Shown here: piece after piece, positions 28,495-38,504 of the stretch
Position numbering within the stretch: the first letter of the stretch is position 1
Layout: each line of letters starts with the position of its first letter
Source of the DNA: Candidatus Doudnabacteria bacterium
GTDB lineage: Bacteria > Patescibacteriota > Doudnabacteria > UBA920
DNA length: 64,000 nt
Direction of reading: 5' to 3'
NCBI GenBank assembly: GCA_963768175.1
Contig: CAVYGQ010000001.1
Coordinates: forward strand, 702,305-766,304
The notes under the pieces: generated by a model
Database searches by the model: none
What the model was told of the DNA's origin: nothing
What the model saw: the letters and a program-made list of their open reading frames with translations, nothing else
Translations under genes and position numbers: made by a program

Positions 28495-29017
28495 ACGTTA
28501 GCGGGATCGTCACTCCGATTTCGCTCGAGTTGCGGCTCTGGGCGGAATTGTCCATCAGCTCCGCCCTAACAACATAGAACCAAGTGTCGCCTGCCGACAC
28601 ATCCTGGTCTAAATAGTTCACCCGCGCCACGGGAGAGGAGTTTAACGGGTCAACATACGGCCCGCCTGAAGTTGTGGACCTATATATGCTGTACTGACAG
28701 CAAGTCACTCCCCCATCATCACTCGAACTGTCTGTCCAAGTGAGGGCAACCTCGTGGCTCCCGTCACTCAAGATACAGTCTGACAGCCCCAAGGCAGAGT
28801 TAACAACCCTCTGCACCGTTACGGCGTTGCATACGCCAACGCCGTTGATGCTGGCCGTACATGGCAATATGACAATTGCCATGTTGATTGTCCGTTGGAC
28901 GTCAACGACGTCCACGGACCCGTACGGCAGGGCCACATCGCACGCGTTGATCTGCGCGCAAGCTGTACCACAACAGGCCGCCGCCATGAACAACAAGGCA
29001 ATCCATCTCGTTGCCAT
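28448..29017 (-). CDS. Secreted dockerin-like + FN3 protein, SD-led
   Basis: Signal peptide. Duplicated VDVVDVQRTINMA / CNAVTVQRVVNSALG helices. VALTW...YSIYRSTTSGGPY...YVVRA FN3. AAGGAGG SD. Confidence 0.7.
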   Translation of the reverse strand: MATRWIALLFMAAACCGTACAQINACDVALPYGSVDVVDVQRTINMAIVILPCTASINGVGVCNAVTVQRVVNSALGLSDCILSDGSHEVALTWTDSSSDDGGVTCCQYSIYRSTTSGGPYVDPLNSSPVARVNYLDQDVSAGDTWFYVVRAELMDNSAQSRNSSEIGVTIPLTYDFSAARGLSRLCAP

Positions 29018-29151
29018 CTCAAACCCTCCTTCAACCGATAACCTATTATACCAAGAGCCTTAAAAAACTTCAACAAACTACTTAAATACAGGCAATTTAA
29101 AATCCCGCCCCGAGCGAAGTCGAGGAGCGGGATTTGCGAATTAAATTCAAC

Positions 29152-31887
29152 TTATTGCATCCTTGAATCTCCGGAAGTCATAGCAGAAAGCATGGGCAGG
29201 CGGAAATCATAAGAGTTGGCCGAGACGATGAAGCTGGCCTGTCCGCCGTTGTTTAGGAAAGTGTTCCAGTCGGGAACCGGGATAAGTCCGCTTTGATGGA
29301 CAAAATACACGGTACTGCCGCTCTTTATCCAACTGCCCCAAGGGTGTTGGGTATATGAAGTAGTAACGGTATAGCCGGAATCAACAAGGCCAGAACTGCC
29401 AACCTGTAAAACGTTGCCGAATTTAAAACCTAAACCCAAAAAGGCGGATGCGCTGGCAAACGCGGTCTTGGTATTTTTATAAACTATGTAAACCGTAGGG
29501 CCTTCGGCAATAAGCTGGCCGTTTGAATAAGTACTCGCGCCAAGCACGTTACTGGTGCCTCCCGGATACTGCAGGCCGTTTCCACTGCCGTTGTTGTAGT
29601 TGTAGGGGTAACCGCCATTATAAGAATAGCCGCTGCCGACCGTAACATATAAGTCCGGACAAGAATTGGCATTGTTCTGGCAAATCTGTAAAGTGGAACT
29701 GCCATTGGTAATGGCGTAGATATTTATTACGCTACCGTTAAAGCTCGCGCTAACCACTCCGGGGTTGCTGTTTTGGGCAATGTAATATCCATAACCGCCG
29801 TTGCCAGAAACATTTACCGTGGCACTTTGACCAATGTTCAAACCTAAAGAATATTGACTTAAAGTAATGTTGCCGTTATTGATAAAATTAACCGTAACAT
29901 AAACTGTGGCGCACTGGCCAGAATTAATGCCGCACAAAACTATTGAGCTGCTGCCGGAAGTTTGTCCGTAAAAAGTAGCCTGGTTACCCGAAACGCTAAC
30001 GGAAACTACGTAGGAATTGCTGTTGGAAGAAACATAAATAGACGGCGCATTGTAAGCCGTAACTGCCATGCTTTGTCCCTGGTTTAAACTAATGCTGGTC
30101 TGGCTTAAAGACAGGCTGCCGGTACCGTAATAATAAGACCCGCCGCCCACGGTTACATAAAGCGTGCCACAAAAACCCAAAGCGGAACTACAAACGGTAA
30201 TATTGCTGGAACCTGTTTGGTTAGCGTACAAATTCAGCACCGTGCCAGAAATACTGGCGGAAACTGCACTGGAGTTGCTGTTGGAAGAAATATAATACGC
30301 GGTATTGTTATAAAGATAATTCGTGGAATATGCGCTGCTGTTTATGGAAACCGCCAGGCTTTGGCCAACGTACAAATTGGGATTGCCAGGGCTGAACCAT
30401 AAGTTGGTATTGGCTCCCAAAACCCCGCTTACCGTTACATATAAAGTCGCGCAGGAACTGCTATAAGAGCTCTGACAAACTATGATACTGGTGTTGCCGG
30501 AACTTAAGGCACTGACATACAAACTGTTTCCGGAAATGCTGGCCGAAGCCACGGAAGAGTTGGAATTGCTGGTAACATAATAACTGCCGTATGAATTGTT
30601 GTTGTTGTAAATGGAAACCGTGGAATTTTGACCGACACTTAAACTTAGGCTGGTCGGGCTTAAAGAAATACTGCCACCGTAATAAGACCCGCCGCTCACG
30701 GTCACATAAAGATAGCCGCAATAAGAAGAATTTTGGCAAACTGTTATAGTGCTGCTCCCTGTGCTACCCGCCAGCAAATACAGCGTACTGCCGCTAAGGC
30801 TGGCGGAAACCACGCTGGAATTGGAATTGTTAGAAATGTAAAGAGAACTGCCAAGATACGCGGCATTAACAAAAACCGTGGAACTTTGGCCCACCGCCAA
30901 ATTTACCGAACTAGGACTAAAAGTAATTGTGCCATAATTTCCGCCGCCGCCCACTGTAACGTATAAAGTGGCGCAAACGCTGCTGCTTGAGCATATGCTA
31001 ATATTTGTAGACCCGGACGCCAACCCGTAAACATTTATTTGGTTGCCGGAAACAGAAGCCGAAGCAACATAAGAATTGGAATTGTTGGAAATATAGAAGC
31101 TGTTGCTATAGCCGTAAACCGGATAATTTGCGGTTACCGAGGCACTTTGGCCGACACTTAGCCCCAAACTGGTTTGGCTCAAAGTTAATCCGCCCACGCT
31201 GCAGCCGTAATAGCCGCAGCTGCCGCCGGAAACCGTTACATATAAACTGCCGCAGGTACTGCCGCCGCTCAAACAAACAGTAATCGTATCAGATCCGGTG
31301 CCGCTACCGGTAACAGTCATTTGATAACCGCTAATGTACGCGGATGCTACTGCCGAGTTGCTATTGCTGGAAATATAAGGAGCATAGGCCGACATATTCA
31401 CGCCGCTGGAAATCGAAACCGTACCGGATTGTCCCGTACTCAAATTCAGGCTAGAAGGATTCAGGGTCAGTCCGCCCACGCTGCAGCCGTAATAGCCGCA
31501 ACCACTGCCGTAGTATCCGCTGCCGTAGTATCCGCTGCCGTTGGAATAAACCGAAACCGTGGAAGACTGCAGACCGCCGACTATCACATACATTTGGATA
31601 GGATTACTGCTGCCGTCGCTAGGCATGCTAACAACCTGGGTAAAATAACCGTTGCCGTCTGTTTGGCCAATGTTATTCACCACAGTCCATAAAGAGGTGG
31701 TTTGCCGGCTGTAAAGGTTAATTTGCGAAAAAGAATTTGCATTGCTAATGCTAATTTGCACATTGCCAGAACTTCCTCCCTGATAGCTGGCCGAAAGTAT
31801 TGGCGTAGATGCCAAAGCAGGTGTGGCAAAGCCTATAAAAAGGCTTATAAACAAGACAAAAACTAAACTTTTTGACAATTTTGTCAT
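29152..31887 (-). CDS. Surface protein with about seven Ser/Gly/Tyr-rich Ig-like repeats and a CPR-type C-terminal domain
   Basis: Repeating LSxxSLxLxxGQS...SNSNSxVxSAS...ITVC...CxxLYVTV units. C-terminus ASAFLGLGFKF shared with the neighbouring surface protein. Confidence 0.85.
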   Translation of the reverse strand: MTKLSKSLVFVLFISLFIGFATPALASTPILSASYQGGSSGNVQISISNANSFSQINLYSRQTTSLWTVVNNIGQTDGNGYFTQVVSMPSDGSSNPIQMYVIVGGLQSSTVSVYSNGSGYYGSGYYGSGCGYYGCSVGGLTLNPSSLNLSTGQSGTVSISSGVNMSAYAPYISSNSNSAVASAYISGYQMTVTGSGTGSDTITVCLSGGSTCGSLYVTVSGGSCGYYGCSVGGLTLSQTSLGLSVGQSASVTANYPVYGYSNSFYISNNSNSYVASASVSGNQINVYGLASGSTNISICSSSSVCATLYVTVGGGGNYGTITFSPSSVNLAVGQSSTVFVNAAYLGSSLYISNNSNSSVVSASLSGSTLYLLAGSTGSSTITVCQNSSYCGYLYVTVSGGSYYGGSISLSPTSLSLSVGQNSTVSIYNNNNSYGSYYVTSNSNSSVASASISGNSLYVSALSSGNTSIIVCQSSYSSSCATLYVTVSGVLGANTNLWFSPGNPNLYVGQSLAVSINSSAYSTNYLYNNTAYYISSNSNSSAVSASISGTVLNLYANQTGSSNITVCSSALGFCGTLYVTVGGGSYYYGTGSLSLSQTSISLNQGQSMAVTAYNAPSIYVSSNSNSYVVSVSVSGNQATFYGQTSGSSSIVLCGINSGQCATVYVTVNFINNGNITLSQYSLGLNIGQSATVNVSGNGGYGYYIAQNSNPGVVSASFNGSVINIYAITNGSSTLQICQNNANSCPDLYVTVGSGYSYNGGYPYNYNNGSGNGLQYPGGTSNVLGASTYSNGQLIAEGPTVYIVYKNTKTAFASASAFLGLGFKFGNVLQVGSSGLVDSGYTVTTSYTQHPWGSWIKSGSTVYFVHQSGLIPVPDWNTFLNNGGQASFIVSANSYDFRLPMLSAMTSGDSRMQ

Positions 31888-32089
31888 ATATCAAAAATTT
31901 AAATTATTAATGTTGGACTTTATATTATTATCCTTTTATATTGAGTTGTCAATGTTATTTTAAAAAATATTTTTATAAAATAATTCCTCTAATAAGTCAA
32001 ATAAGTCAAATTTAAACAGCTGGATACTCTCTCACAATTAGAGAGTGCCCATCTTAATGTCTGCGTTATACGCCCCATCTGCTACCATT

Positions 32090-33418
32090 CTACATTTTTT
32101 CTATAATTCTCTGCGCAGCTAAAATGTAGGCGGCAACCCGGAAAGTGGTATGGTATTTATTTTTCACCGCTAAAACATCGACGTAAGCCTGCTTGATTTG
32201 TGCGGATAGTTTTTGCAACACCTGCTCTTTGCCCCATTTTTCATTATGCATATTTTGATACCATTCATAATAACTGACGCACACGCCGCCGCTGTTGGCT
32301 AAAATGTCGGGAATAACCGTGATGTTTTTTGTGGCAAAAACCATGTCGGCAGCCGGCGTGGTCGGACCATTGGCCATTTCCACAATTAACTTGGCTTTAA
32401 TTTTTGCGGCATTGTCCCCGGTTAAGACATTTTCCAAAGCCGCGGGAACCAAGACGTCCACGGGCAACTGCAAAAGTTCTTCATTGGAAATATTTTTTGC
32501 CCCCGCGAAATTTTTTAGCGCACCGGTGGATTTTTTGTGCGCCAGAACCTTTTCAAAATTCAAACCGTCCGGATTATAAATGCCCCCTTTGGAGTCCGAC
32601 AGGGCCACAACTTTAAACCCCCGTTTTTCCGCCGCCTGCGCAAAGAAGGTGGAGACATTGCCAAAACCCTGTACGGCAATGCCGGCATTTTTTGCCAAGT
32701 CCACGACTTTGCTTTTAACCACTTCCTCAAAAACATACATCCCGCCAAAACCCGTAGCCTCTTCCCTACCCTGGCTGCCGCCGTTATCCAAAGATTTACC
32801 GGTAAACCCAGCACCAAAATTCCTTAACCAATAAGCCGTTTTACATTGAGCTGGGGTGTCTTTTTTATCTAAATATTCTTGATATTCCTGATTTTGGTGC
32901 TGGGTAAACGTGGCCATGGATTTTTTTCCCGAACACTTTTGGTATTCATCCAACATCCAGCCCATAATTTGTCCGGTGGTATTTACGTCCGGCGCCGGCA
33001 CATCCATTTCCGGACCGATAATCGGGTAAATTTTTCTAACATAACCACAGCTTAAGCGCTCCAGCTCGCCCACCGACAGTTCTTTGGGGTTAACAATAAT
33101 CCCGCCTTTGCCCCCGCCAAACGGCACGTTGACCACGGCGTTTTTAAAAGACATCCAAAAACTCAACGCCCGGACTTCGTCCAAATTCACCTGTTGGTGA
33201 TAGCGGATGCCGCCTTTGTAAGGGCCGCGCGCGTTATTATGCTGGCTGCGGAAACCAGTAAATACTTTTTGCTCGCCCGAATCCATTTTTACTGGAATGG
33301 AAACTTCCACGTAGCGGTCCGGACTTTTTAACTGCTCAATTTTGTCTTTATCCAATTTTGCTGTTTCTGCGGCTTTCTGTAATTGCTCCTTAGCCGTCTC
33401 AAACGGGTTGATGGCCAT
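32090..33418 (-). CDS. gdhA: Glu/Leu/Phe/Val dehydrogenase (glutamate dehydrogenase) with a 34-aa MITE-derived insertion
   Basis: GPYKGGIRY, GGGKGG, DVPAPDVNT, GFGNV, EMANGP, PDILANSGGV. Start taken as ATG 33418. Confidence 0.93.
   Translation of the reverse strand: MAINPFETAKEQLQKAAETAKLDKDKIEQLKSPDRYVEVSIPVKMDSGEQKVFTGFRSQHNNARGPYKGGIRYHQQVNLDEVRALSFWMSFKNAVVNVPFGGGKGGIIVNPKELSVGELERLSCGYVRKIYPIIGPEMDVPAPDVNTTGQIMGWMLDEYQKCSGKKSMATFTQHQNQEYQEYLDKKDTPAQCKTAYWLRNFGAGFTGKSLDNGGSQGREEATGFGGMYVFEEVVKSKVVDLAKNAGIAVQGFGNVSTFFAQAAEKRGFKVVALSDSKGGIYNPDGLNFEKVLAHKKSTGALKNFAGAKNISNEELLQLPVDVLVPAALENVLTGDNAAKIKAKLIVEMANGPTTPAADMVFATKNITVIPDILANSGGVCVSYYEWYQNMHNEKWGKEQVLQKLSAQIKQAYVDVLAVKNKYHTTFRVAAYILAAQRIIEKM
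32807..32904. mobile_element. 98-bp MITE inserted in frame in gdhA
   Basis: Perfect 14-bp TIR CCCAGCACCAAAAT/ATTTTGGTGCTGGG, flanked by direct TAAA (32803-32806, 32905-32908). Confidence 0.85.
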
Positions 33419-33487
33419 GGTAGATTTAAGACCCGCCTTGGCTCGCAAGGCGAGGCAGGTTAATGATTTATGATTTATGATTTAAGA

Positions 33488-34432
33488 TTAAACTCCTTTT
33501 TCGCTTTCTAAAATCGGCTGATTAAAGCTGCCGCTGGTTAACACCAAAGCGGTGACTGATGCTAATAATACCAAAGCGCCAACAATTTGCCAAACATTCA
33601 GGGTGATCCCTAAAAATTTCCAGTTCACTACGGTTAAAGCCAAAGGATAGCCTAATTCCATCAACGTTGCTACCGAAGCTTTGGTAAAACGCAGCCCATA
33701 ATAATATAGCCACAAAGAAAAAAACCCTGTTACCAAAGCGATGATGGTGACATTGCGCCAGAACAGCGGAGTCATGGCGCCAAACTGAAAATGGTAAAAA
33801 ACACCAACATAAAAGGTCAAAAAAATCAGGCCAAAAACAAAGCGCATGCCGTTGACCAGTTGCACGTCGATGTTTGACATCAAAGAACGCCCGACCACGG
33901 TGCCGGCGGCCCATAAAATTGCCGCGCCCACGGCCAGGGCCGGCCCTAAAAGGCTTAAGTGCCCGCCCGCGCGCCACAACCCCGCCGGGCTGGCCCAGCC
34001 AAACGTTACCAGGTAAGCGCCGCCTAAAGCCGGCACGGCAAACAGCCAAAACTTTGGCGAAAGTTTTTCCTTTAAAAAAATTACGGCTAAACTTATGGCA
34101 AACAACGGCTGGAGTTTTTGCAGCAAAGCGGCCACGGTAAAATTATAGTTCATAGTTACCGCAGCCTGGACATAAAGCAACGCGCCCAAAGCCGAAGCTC
34201 CAGCGCCAATATAAAACAGCCCGACCCATTGTTTAAAAGTCAACTTTTTAAAACCCCAACGCTTGCTGATTAAACCCGGCAAACTGACAATGCTGTTCAG
34301 CAGGTGTTCCAAAAACCCGACAAAAGGAACCGACAGCCCGCCGAGTAGCAGCGGCTCCCTAAACGGCGCATCCCCCGCCCAAAACAGGGAAGACAAAAAA
34401 ACTATCAGCGGTCCCTTTTTCTTAGTTTCCAT
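33488..34432 (-). CDS. EamA/DMT-family transporter
   Basis: About 10 TM segments in two EamA repeats (AALLQKLQPLFA..FLKEKL). Confidence 0.88.
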   Translation of the reverse strand: METKKKGPLIVFLSSLFWAGDAPFREPLLLGGLSVPFVGFLEHLLNSIVSLPGLISKRWGFKKLTFKQWVGLFYIGAGASALGALLYVQAAVTMNYNFTVAALLQKLQPLFAISLAVIFLKEKLSPKFWLFAVPALGGAYLVTFGWASPAGLWRAGGHLSLLGPALAVGAAILWAAGTVVGRSLMSNIDVQLVNGMRFVFGLIFLTFYVGVFYHFQFGAMTPLFWRNVTIIALVTGFFSLWLYYYGLRFTKASVATLMELGYPLALTVVNWKFLGITLNVWQIVGALVLLASVTALVLTSGSFNQPILESEKGV

Positions 34433-34466
34433 ATTTTCCTTTGTTGCAATAAAATGCGGTCGCATT

Positions 34467-34850
34467 TTATTGCAACAACTTATTTATTACTTTAAGGTCT
34501 TGACGAATTTGCTTTTTTAAAACATCGGCCGAATAAAATTTCCTAAACGGCCGGATATATTTTTGCAAACTGATGATGATCTTTTTACCGTAAAGGTTGC
34601 CTTTAAAATTTAATAAATGCGCTTCAATTTTTGGTAAACCGGTTTTATCAAGAGGACCAATAATTATCGCCGCGCAATATTTTTTCCGAGATGGAAGTTC
34701 CGCCCAGCCAGCAAAAATCCCCAGTTTAATTTTTAATCCCCTCCTAGAATAATCACGCCTGTCTAGATTTGCCGTGGGAAAACCCAAAGTTTTACCATAA
34801 TGTTGACCATGCAATACCTTGCCTGATATTTTGATTACTCCATGTTTCAT
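34467..34850 (-). CDS. Stand-alone riboflavin kinase domain
   Basis: GKTLGFPTANL, IEAHLLNFKGNLYG, IRPFRKF..LKKQIRQD. Confidence 0.9.
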   Translation of the reverse strand: MKHGVIKISGKVLHGQHYGKTLGFPTANLDRRDYSRRGLKIKLGIFAGWAELPSRKKYCAAIIIGPLDKTGLPKIEAHLLNFKGNLYGKKIIISLQKYIRPFRKFYSADVLKKQIRQDLKVINKLLQ

Positions 34851-34967
34851 GTCTCATGCTCCATGTTTTATGATTCATGTTCCGCCAAATATTTTTCTAT
34901 GCCCCCTCCTTCGCCAAGGCTACGGAGGGCGAGCCCACATCAAACAAGTTCAGTTGTTAATAAAAGT

Positions 34968-35900
34968 TTATTTTTCTTGCTCCGACAACCACTTCTCAAC
35001 ATCCAGCGCAGCCATGCAACCTATGCCGGCGGCGGATACGGCCTGGCGGTAGCGGTAGTCCTGCACATCGCCGGCCACAAATACGCCTTCAATGTTTGTT
35101 CGGGTATTATTTTTTACCACAATATAGCCTTTTTGGTCAACTTCCACGCCGGCTGAGGCAAAAATTTTGGTGCTGGGCGTGTGGCCAATTGCCACGAACA
35201 AACCCTGTACGGGCAATATCGTTTCTTGCCTGGACGAATTATCTTTAATCTTTAATCCTTCAACCGATTTTTCTCCCAATACTTCAATAATTGTAGCATC
35301 AGTAACAAATTTTATTTTAGGGTTGTCCTGCGCCCGCTTTAGCATAATTTTGGAAGCGCGGAACTCAGGGCGGCGGTGCACAATAGTAACGGTAGTGGCG
35401 AATTTGGTCAAAAAATTGGCCTCTTCCATGGCAGCGTCTCCCCCGCCGGCAACGACCAAGTCTTTACCTTTAAAAAAGAACCCGTCGCAGGTGGCGCAGG
35501 CACTGACACCTTTGCCGCGGAGCCTTTGCTCGTTCGGCAAGCCCAGCCAGTTGGCATCTGCGCCCGTGGCAATAATTACGGTTTTAGCCTGATATTCGGC
35601 TTTAGCGGTTTTAATAAAAAAAGGCTGGCGGCCAAAATCCGCACTTTCCACGTTTTCCTGTTTGATATCGGCGCCAAAACGCTTGGCCTGCTGCATCATA
35701 TTTTCCATCAGATGCGGACCTAAAATGCCTTCGGGAAAACCGGGAAAATTTTCCACTTCCGTGGTGTCCATCAGCTGGCCTCCAGGCTTTGACCCCGCTA
35801 TCACCAACGGCTTTAATTCCGCCCGCGCGGCATATAAGGCTGCAGTCAGCCCGGCCGGTCCACTGCCGATAATTATAGTATTGTAGATATTATTTTCCAT
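34968..35900 (-). CDS. trxB: Thioredoxin reductase
   Basis: GSGPAGLTAA, VENFPGF, CATCDG, GGGDAAMEEA, AGDVQD. Confidence 0.97.
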   Translation of the reverse strand: MENNIYNTIIIGSGPAGLTAALYAARAELKPLVIAGSKPGGQLMDTTEVENFPGFPEGILGPHLMENMMQQAKRFGADIKQENVESADFGRQPFFIKTAKAEYQAKTVIIATGADANWLGLPNEQRLRGKGVSACATCDGFFFKGKDLVVAGGGDAAMEEANFLTKFATTVTIVHRRPEFRASKIMLKRAQDNPKIKFVTDATIIEVLGEKSVEGLKIKDNSSRQETILPVQGLFVAIGHTPSTKIFASAGVEVDQKGYIVVKNNTRTNIEGVFVAGDVQDYRYRQAVSAAGIGCMAALDVEKWLSEQEK

Positions 35901-35901
35901 A

Positions 35902-36189
35902 CTAATTGGTTTTAGAATAAAGATTTATCAATTCGACAATGGCCTTTTTCCGTTTGTTGGAATTTTTGCTGTGTACCGCGTCCCAGGCGCAAATACCCAG
36001 ATGGCCGCTTAGTATTTTTTGGTTAATTTTCCGCAAAGCCTCTATGACGGCGTGGTTTTGGTTAATAATATCCAGGCAATAAGCCCCATCCTCCACCATT
36101 TTGCTGACCGCTTTTAAGTGGCCACCGGCATAATGCAACCGGTTTAAGATATCTTTCTTATTTTGGTTGGATTTTTGGCTGGCTGGCAT
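35902..36189 (-). CDS. csoR: CsoR/RcnR-family metal-sensing repressor
   Basis: RLHYAGGHL..M...YCLDII...GHLGIC, with the Cys-His-Cys ligand set. Confidence 0.85.
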   Translation of the reverse strand: MPASQKSNQNKKDILNRLHYAGGHLKAVSKMVEDGAYCLDIINQNHAVIEALRKINQKILSGHLGICAWDAVHSKNSNKRKKAIVELINLYSKTN

Positions 36190-36201
36190 AGTTGTCTTAA
36201 T

Positions 36202-36258
36202 TAAACCCCCCTATGGGGGGTCTAACTCAAGTATAGCCGCCGGCCTTAAGCTTGTCAA
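36202..36258 (-). promoter_or_regulatory. Promoter and CsoR-type operator
   Basis: TTGACA-17-TATACT (36230-36258). Palindrome TAAACCCCCC-TAT-GGGGGGTCTA (36202-36224) between -10 and ATG. Confidence 0.75.
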
Positions 36259-36269
36259 ATACAAAAAAA

Positions 36270-37352
36270 TTATTGCTGCTGTCCCAAAATTACCGGAATA
36301 TCCAGCTTCTGATTGTTGCGCAATACTTTTAAAGTAACCTGGCTTCCGGCCATAAATTTTCCAATCACGTCGTCCAGCGACTCGTTCTGGTTTAAAGTAA
36401 TATCGTTAACGCCCGTAATAATGTCGCCGGCCAGAAGTCCGGCTAAAGTAGCGGGCGTACCCTGTTTAACGGCTGTAATAAGCGCGCCGTTTTGTACGGA
36501 CAAATTCCGGGTAATTTGCACGGCTGGATCGATACTTATAAACATAACTCCTAGAAACGGGCGGGAGACTGTGCCAAAAGTTTTTAGCTGCTGCACCGCG
36601 TCCTTAATAGTGTTAACCGGTACCGCAAAACCCAAACCCGAACCTTCGGTGTCAATCAGCGTATTCATGCCCACAACCTGGCCAGCCAAATTAATTAGCG
36701 GGCCACCGGAATTGCCGGGATTGATTGCCGCGTCGGTCTGAATTAAATTATGGAGCCTGGGGGTGTCTTGGCTAACGTCAACGGCGCGGCCCAAACCCGA
36801 AACCACCCCGCGGGTAACGCTGTATTGATACTTGCCCAAAGAATTGCCGATGGCAAACACGGTTTGGCCGGTTTCCAAGGAATCGGAGTCGCCTAAATTA
36901 GCCGGGGTTAAATTATTGGCGTTAATTTGAAGCAGCGCGATGTCGTCAAATTTATCCAAATTTAAAACTTTGGCCGGGTATTCGCTGCCGTCACTCAAAA
37001 CCACCGTGTAACGCATGTTCGGGTCTTCCACGACATGGTTATTACTGACTATCATCCCGGTGGAGTCCAAAACAAATCCGGTACCCAAAACTTCATTTGG
37101 GGCGGCGGTAATAGTCGGGCTGCTTGAGCTGGCGGTACTTGACGCCTGGTTTTCAACGCCAATAATGTTGACCACCCAAGCCTTGGCCGTACGTACGGCC
37201 AAAATCCCCTGCTGCTCATCGGTTAAAACCGTAGCCGAAGCCGGCGGTTTGATTGCATTAAATTTAATGGTTTGGCTTAAGGCACTGCCGGTAGCCAGCA
37301 CCGCCGCGGTAACGACGGTGGTGATAATATATGAACGATATTTTTTTATCAT
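36270..37352 (-). CDS. HtrA/DegP-like serine protease (trypsin + one PDZ)
   Basis: GTGF, SNNHVV, DIALL, IQTDAAINPGNSGGPL, PDZ. Confidence 0.95.
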   Translation of the reverse strand: MIKKYRSYIITTVVTAAVLATGSALSQTIKFNAIKPPASATVLTDEQQGILAVRTAKAWVVNIIGVENQASSTASSSSPTITAAPNEVLGTGFVLDSTGMIVSNNHVVEDPNMRYTVVLSDGSEYPAKVLNLDKFDDIALLQINANNLTPANLGDSDSLETGQTVFAIGNSLGKYQYSVTRGVVSGLGRAVDVSQDTPRLHNLIQTDAAINPGNSGGPLINLAGQVVGMNTLIDTEGSGLGFAVPVNTIKDAVQQLKTFGTVSRPFLGVMFISIDPAVQITRNLSVQNGALITAVKQGTPATLAGLLAGDIITGVNDITLNQNESLDDVIGKFMAGSQVTLKVLRNNQKLDIPVILGQQQ

Positions 37353-37366
37353 TGGTTATTTATTAT

Positions 37367-38255
37367 TTACTCTATGCCTTGTTCTTTTAGGTCGCTTAAA
37401 ATCTGCTTGGTTGCCAGCAGCCAATTGGGATTGCAGGGCTTAACATATACTCCACACATTTGCTCCAGTGTCCAATCGCTGTATTTTTTGTCCAGCAGAC
37501 GGTTAAAATCCACCACCCAAGCGCTGTAGCTGGCATAACTGCGCCAAGAAGGGGCGCCAGGTTTTATCCCAATATTACTGCAGTTATTGTCCGCACAATT
37601 TTTGCCCATGGTGCTTTCGGCAAAAGCAATGGCTAATATCAGCTTCCAATGTTCCTGTTCGGCAATGGTCTCCGAGGCCTGGACCAAAGGTGAATGCATG
37701 TCGGTCAAAAATTTTTGCAGCTGGTTTTTCCGGCTGTTGATTATGTCGGGCTGAGATGCGCTTTGAAAATAACTCTGTAAATATTCAATCGGCGTATTAA
37801 ATAAAACATCGTTACTGACGTTTCCGCTGTTTTGTTCCTGCAAATCGGCGCCGGCTATCGGGGAACCCGAAGGGGCCGGACTGATCGCCGCTTGACTGGT
37901 CGGTAAAAGCTCCTAAAACCTGGGGCTGATTGTCAGCCACACTACTTCTGGTATAGAGCACCGACCACATGCCGAAAACAAAAGCAAGAATCAAGCCAAA
38001 CACCGCGGCCGCTATCGGAATTTTTTTTCCGCCATGGATTCTCCGGAGAAACAAAAATGGCGCGGCCTGTTTAGCCTTAGCCTTACCGGGAACCACAAAA
38101 AAAGGGCTTAAACCGATTTTAGCCGAAGTTTTTTTGAAGGGACGCCTAACTATGCTATCCACTCTTAGCGACCTTGACCTATAGGCCTTAGATTGCACGC
38201 GGATGCCGGCCTTTTTTGATTTTTTTATTCCGTCTACATTCCTGATATTTTTCAC
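37367..38255 (-). CDS. Probably one membrane-anchored protein with a lysozyme/glucosaminidase-like C-terminal domain, split by a frameshift near 37860-37890
   Basis: Two overlapping same-strand ORFs. The first has the TM anchor, the second has ILAIAFAESTMGK...NCSNIG. The second frame is open upstream of its TTG. Confidence 0.55.
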
Positions 38256-38504
38256 TTAATTATTATAGCATTTCCTTAACAATAAAAAAACGCCGGACTG
38301 TCCGACGATTTTTTGGCTGCGCCATGAATCCAAAGCATTGTTGAGTGATTTATTGGCAGACCATCTCGGAATAGATGCCTGCCTGCCACAGGCAGGGAAA
38401 ACTTATCTGGCTTTGGTAAAGGAGATTTATCTTAGTCTCACCCTTATTCCATTCAACTAATAGCTTTTCCACTATCTGTAACTTCAAAAAATGCTATAAA
38501 ATTT

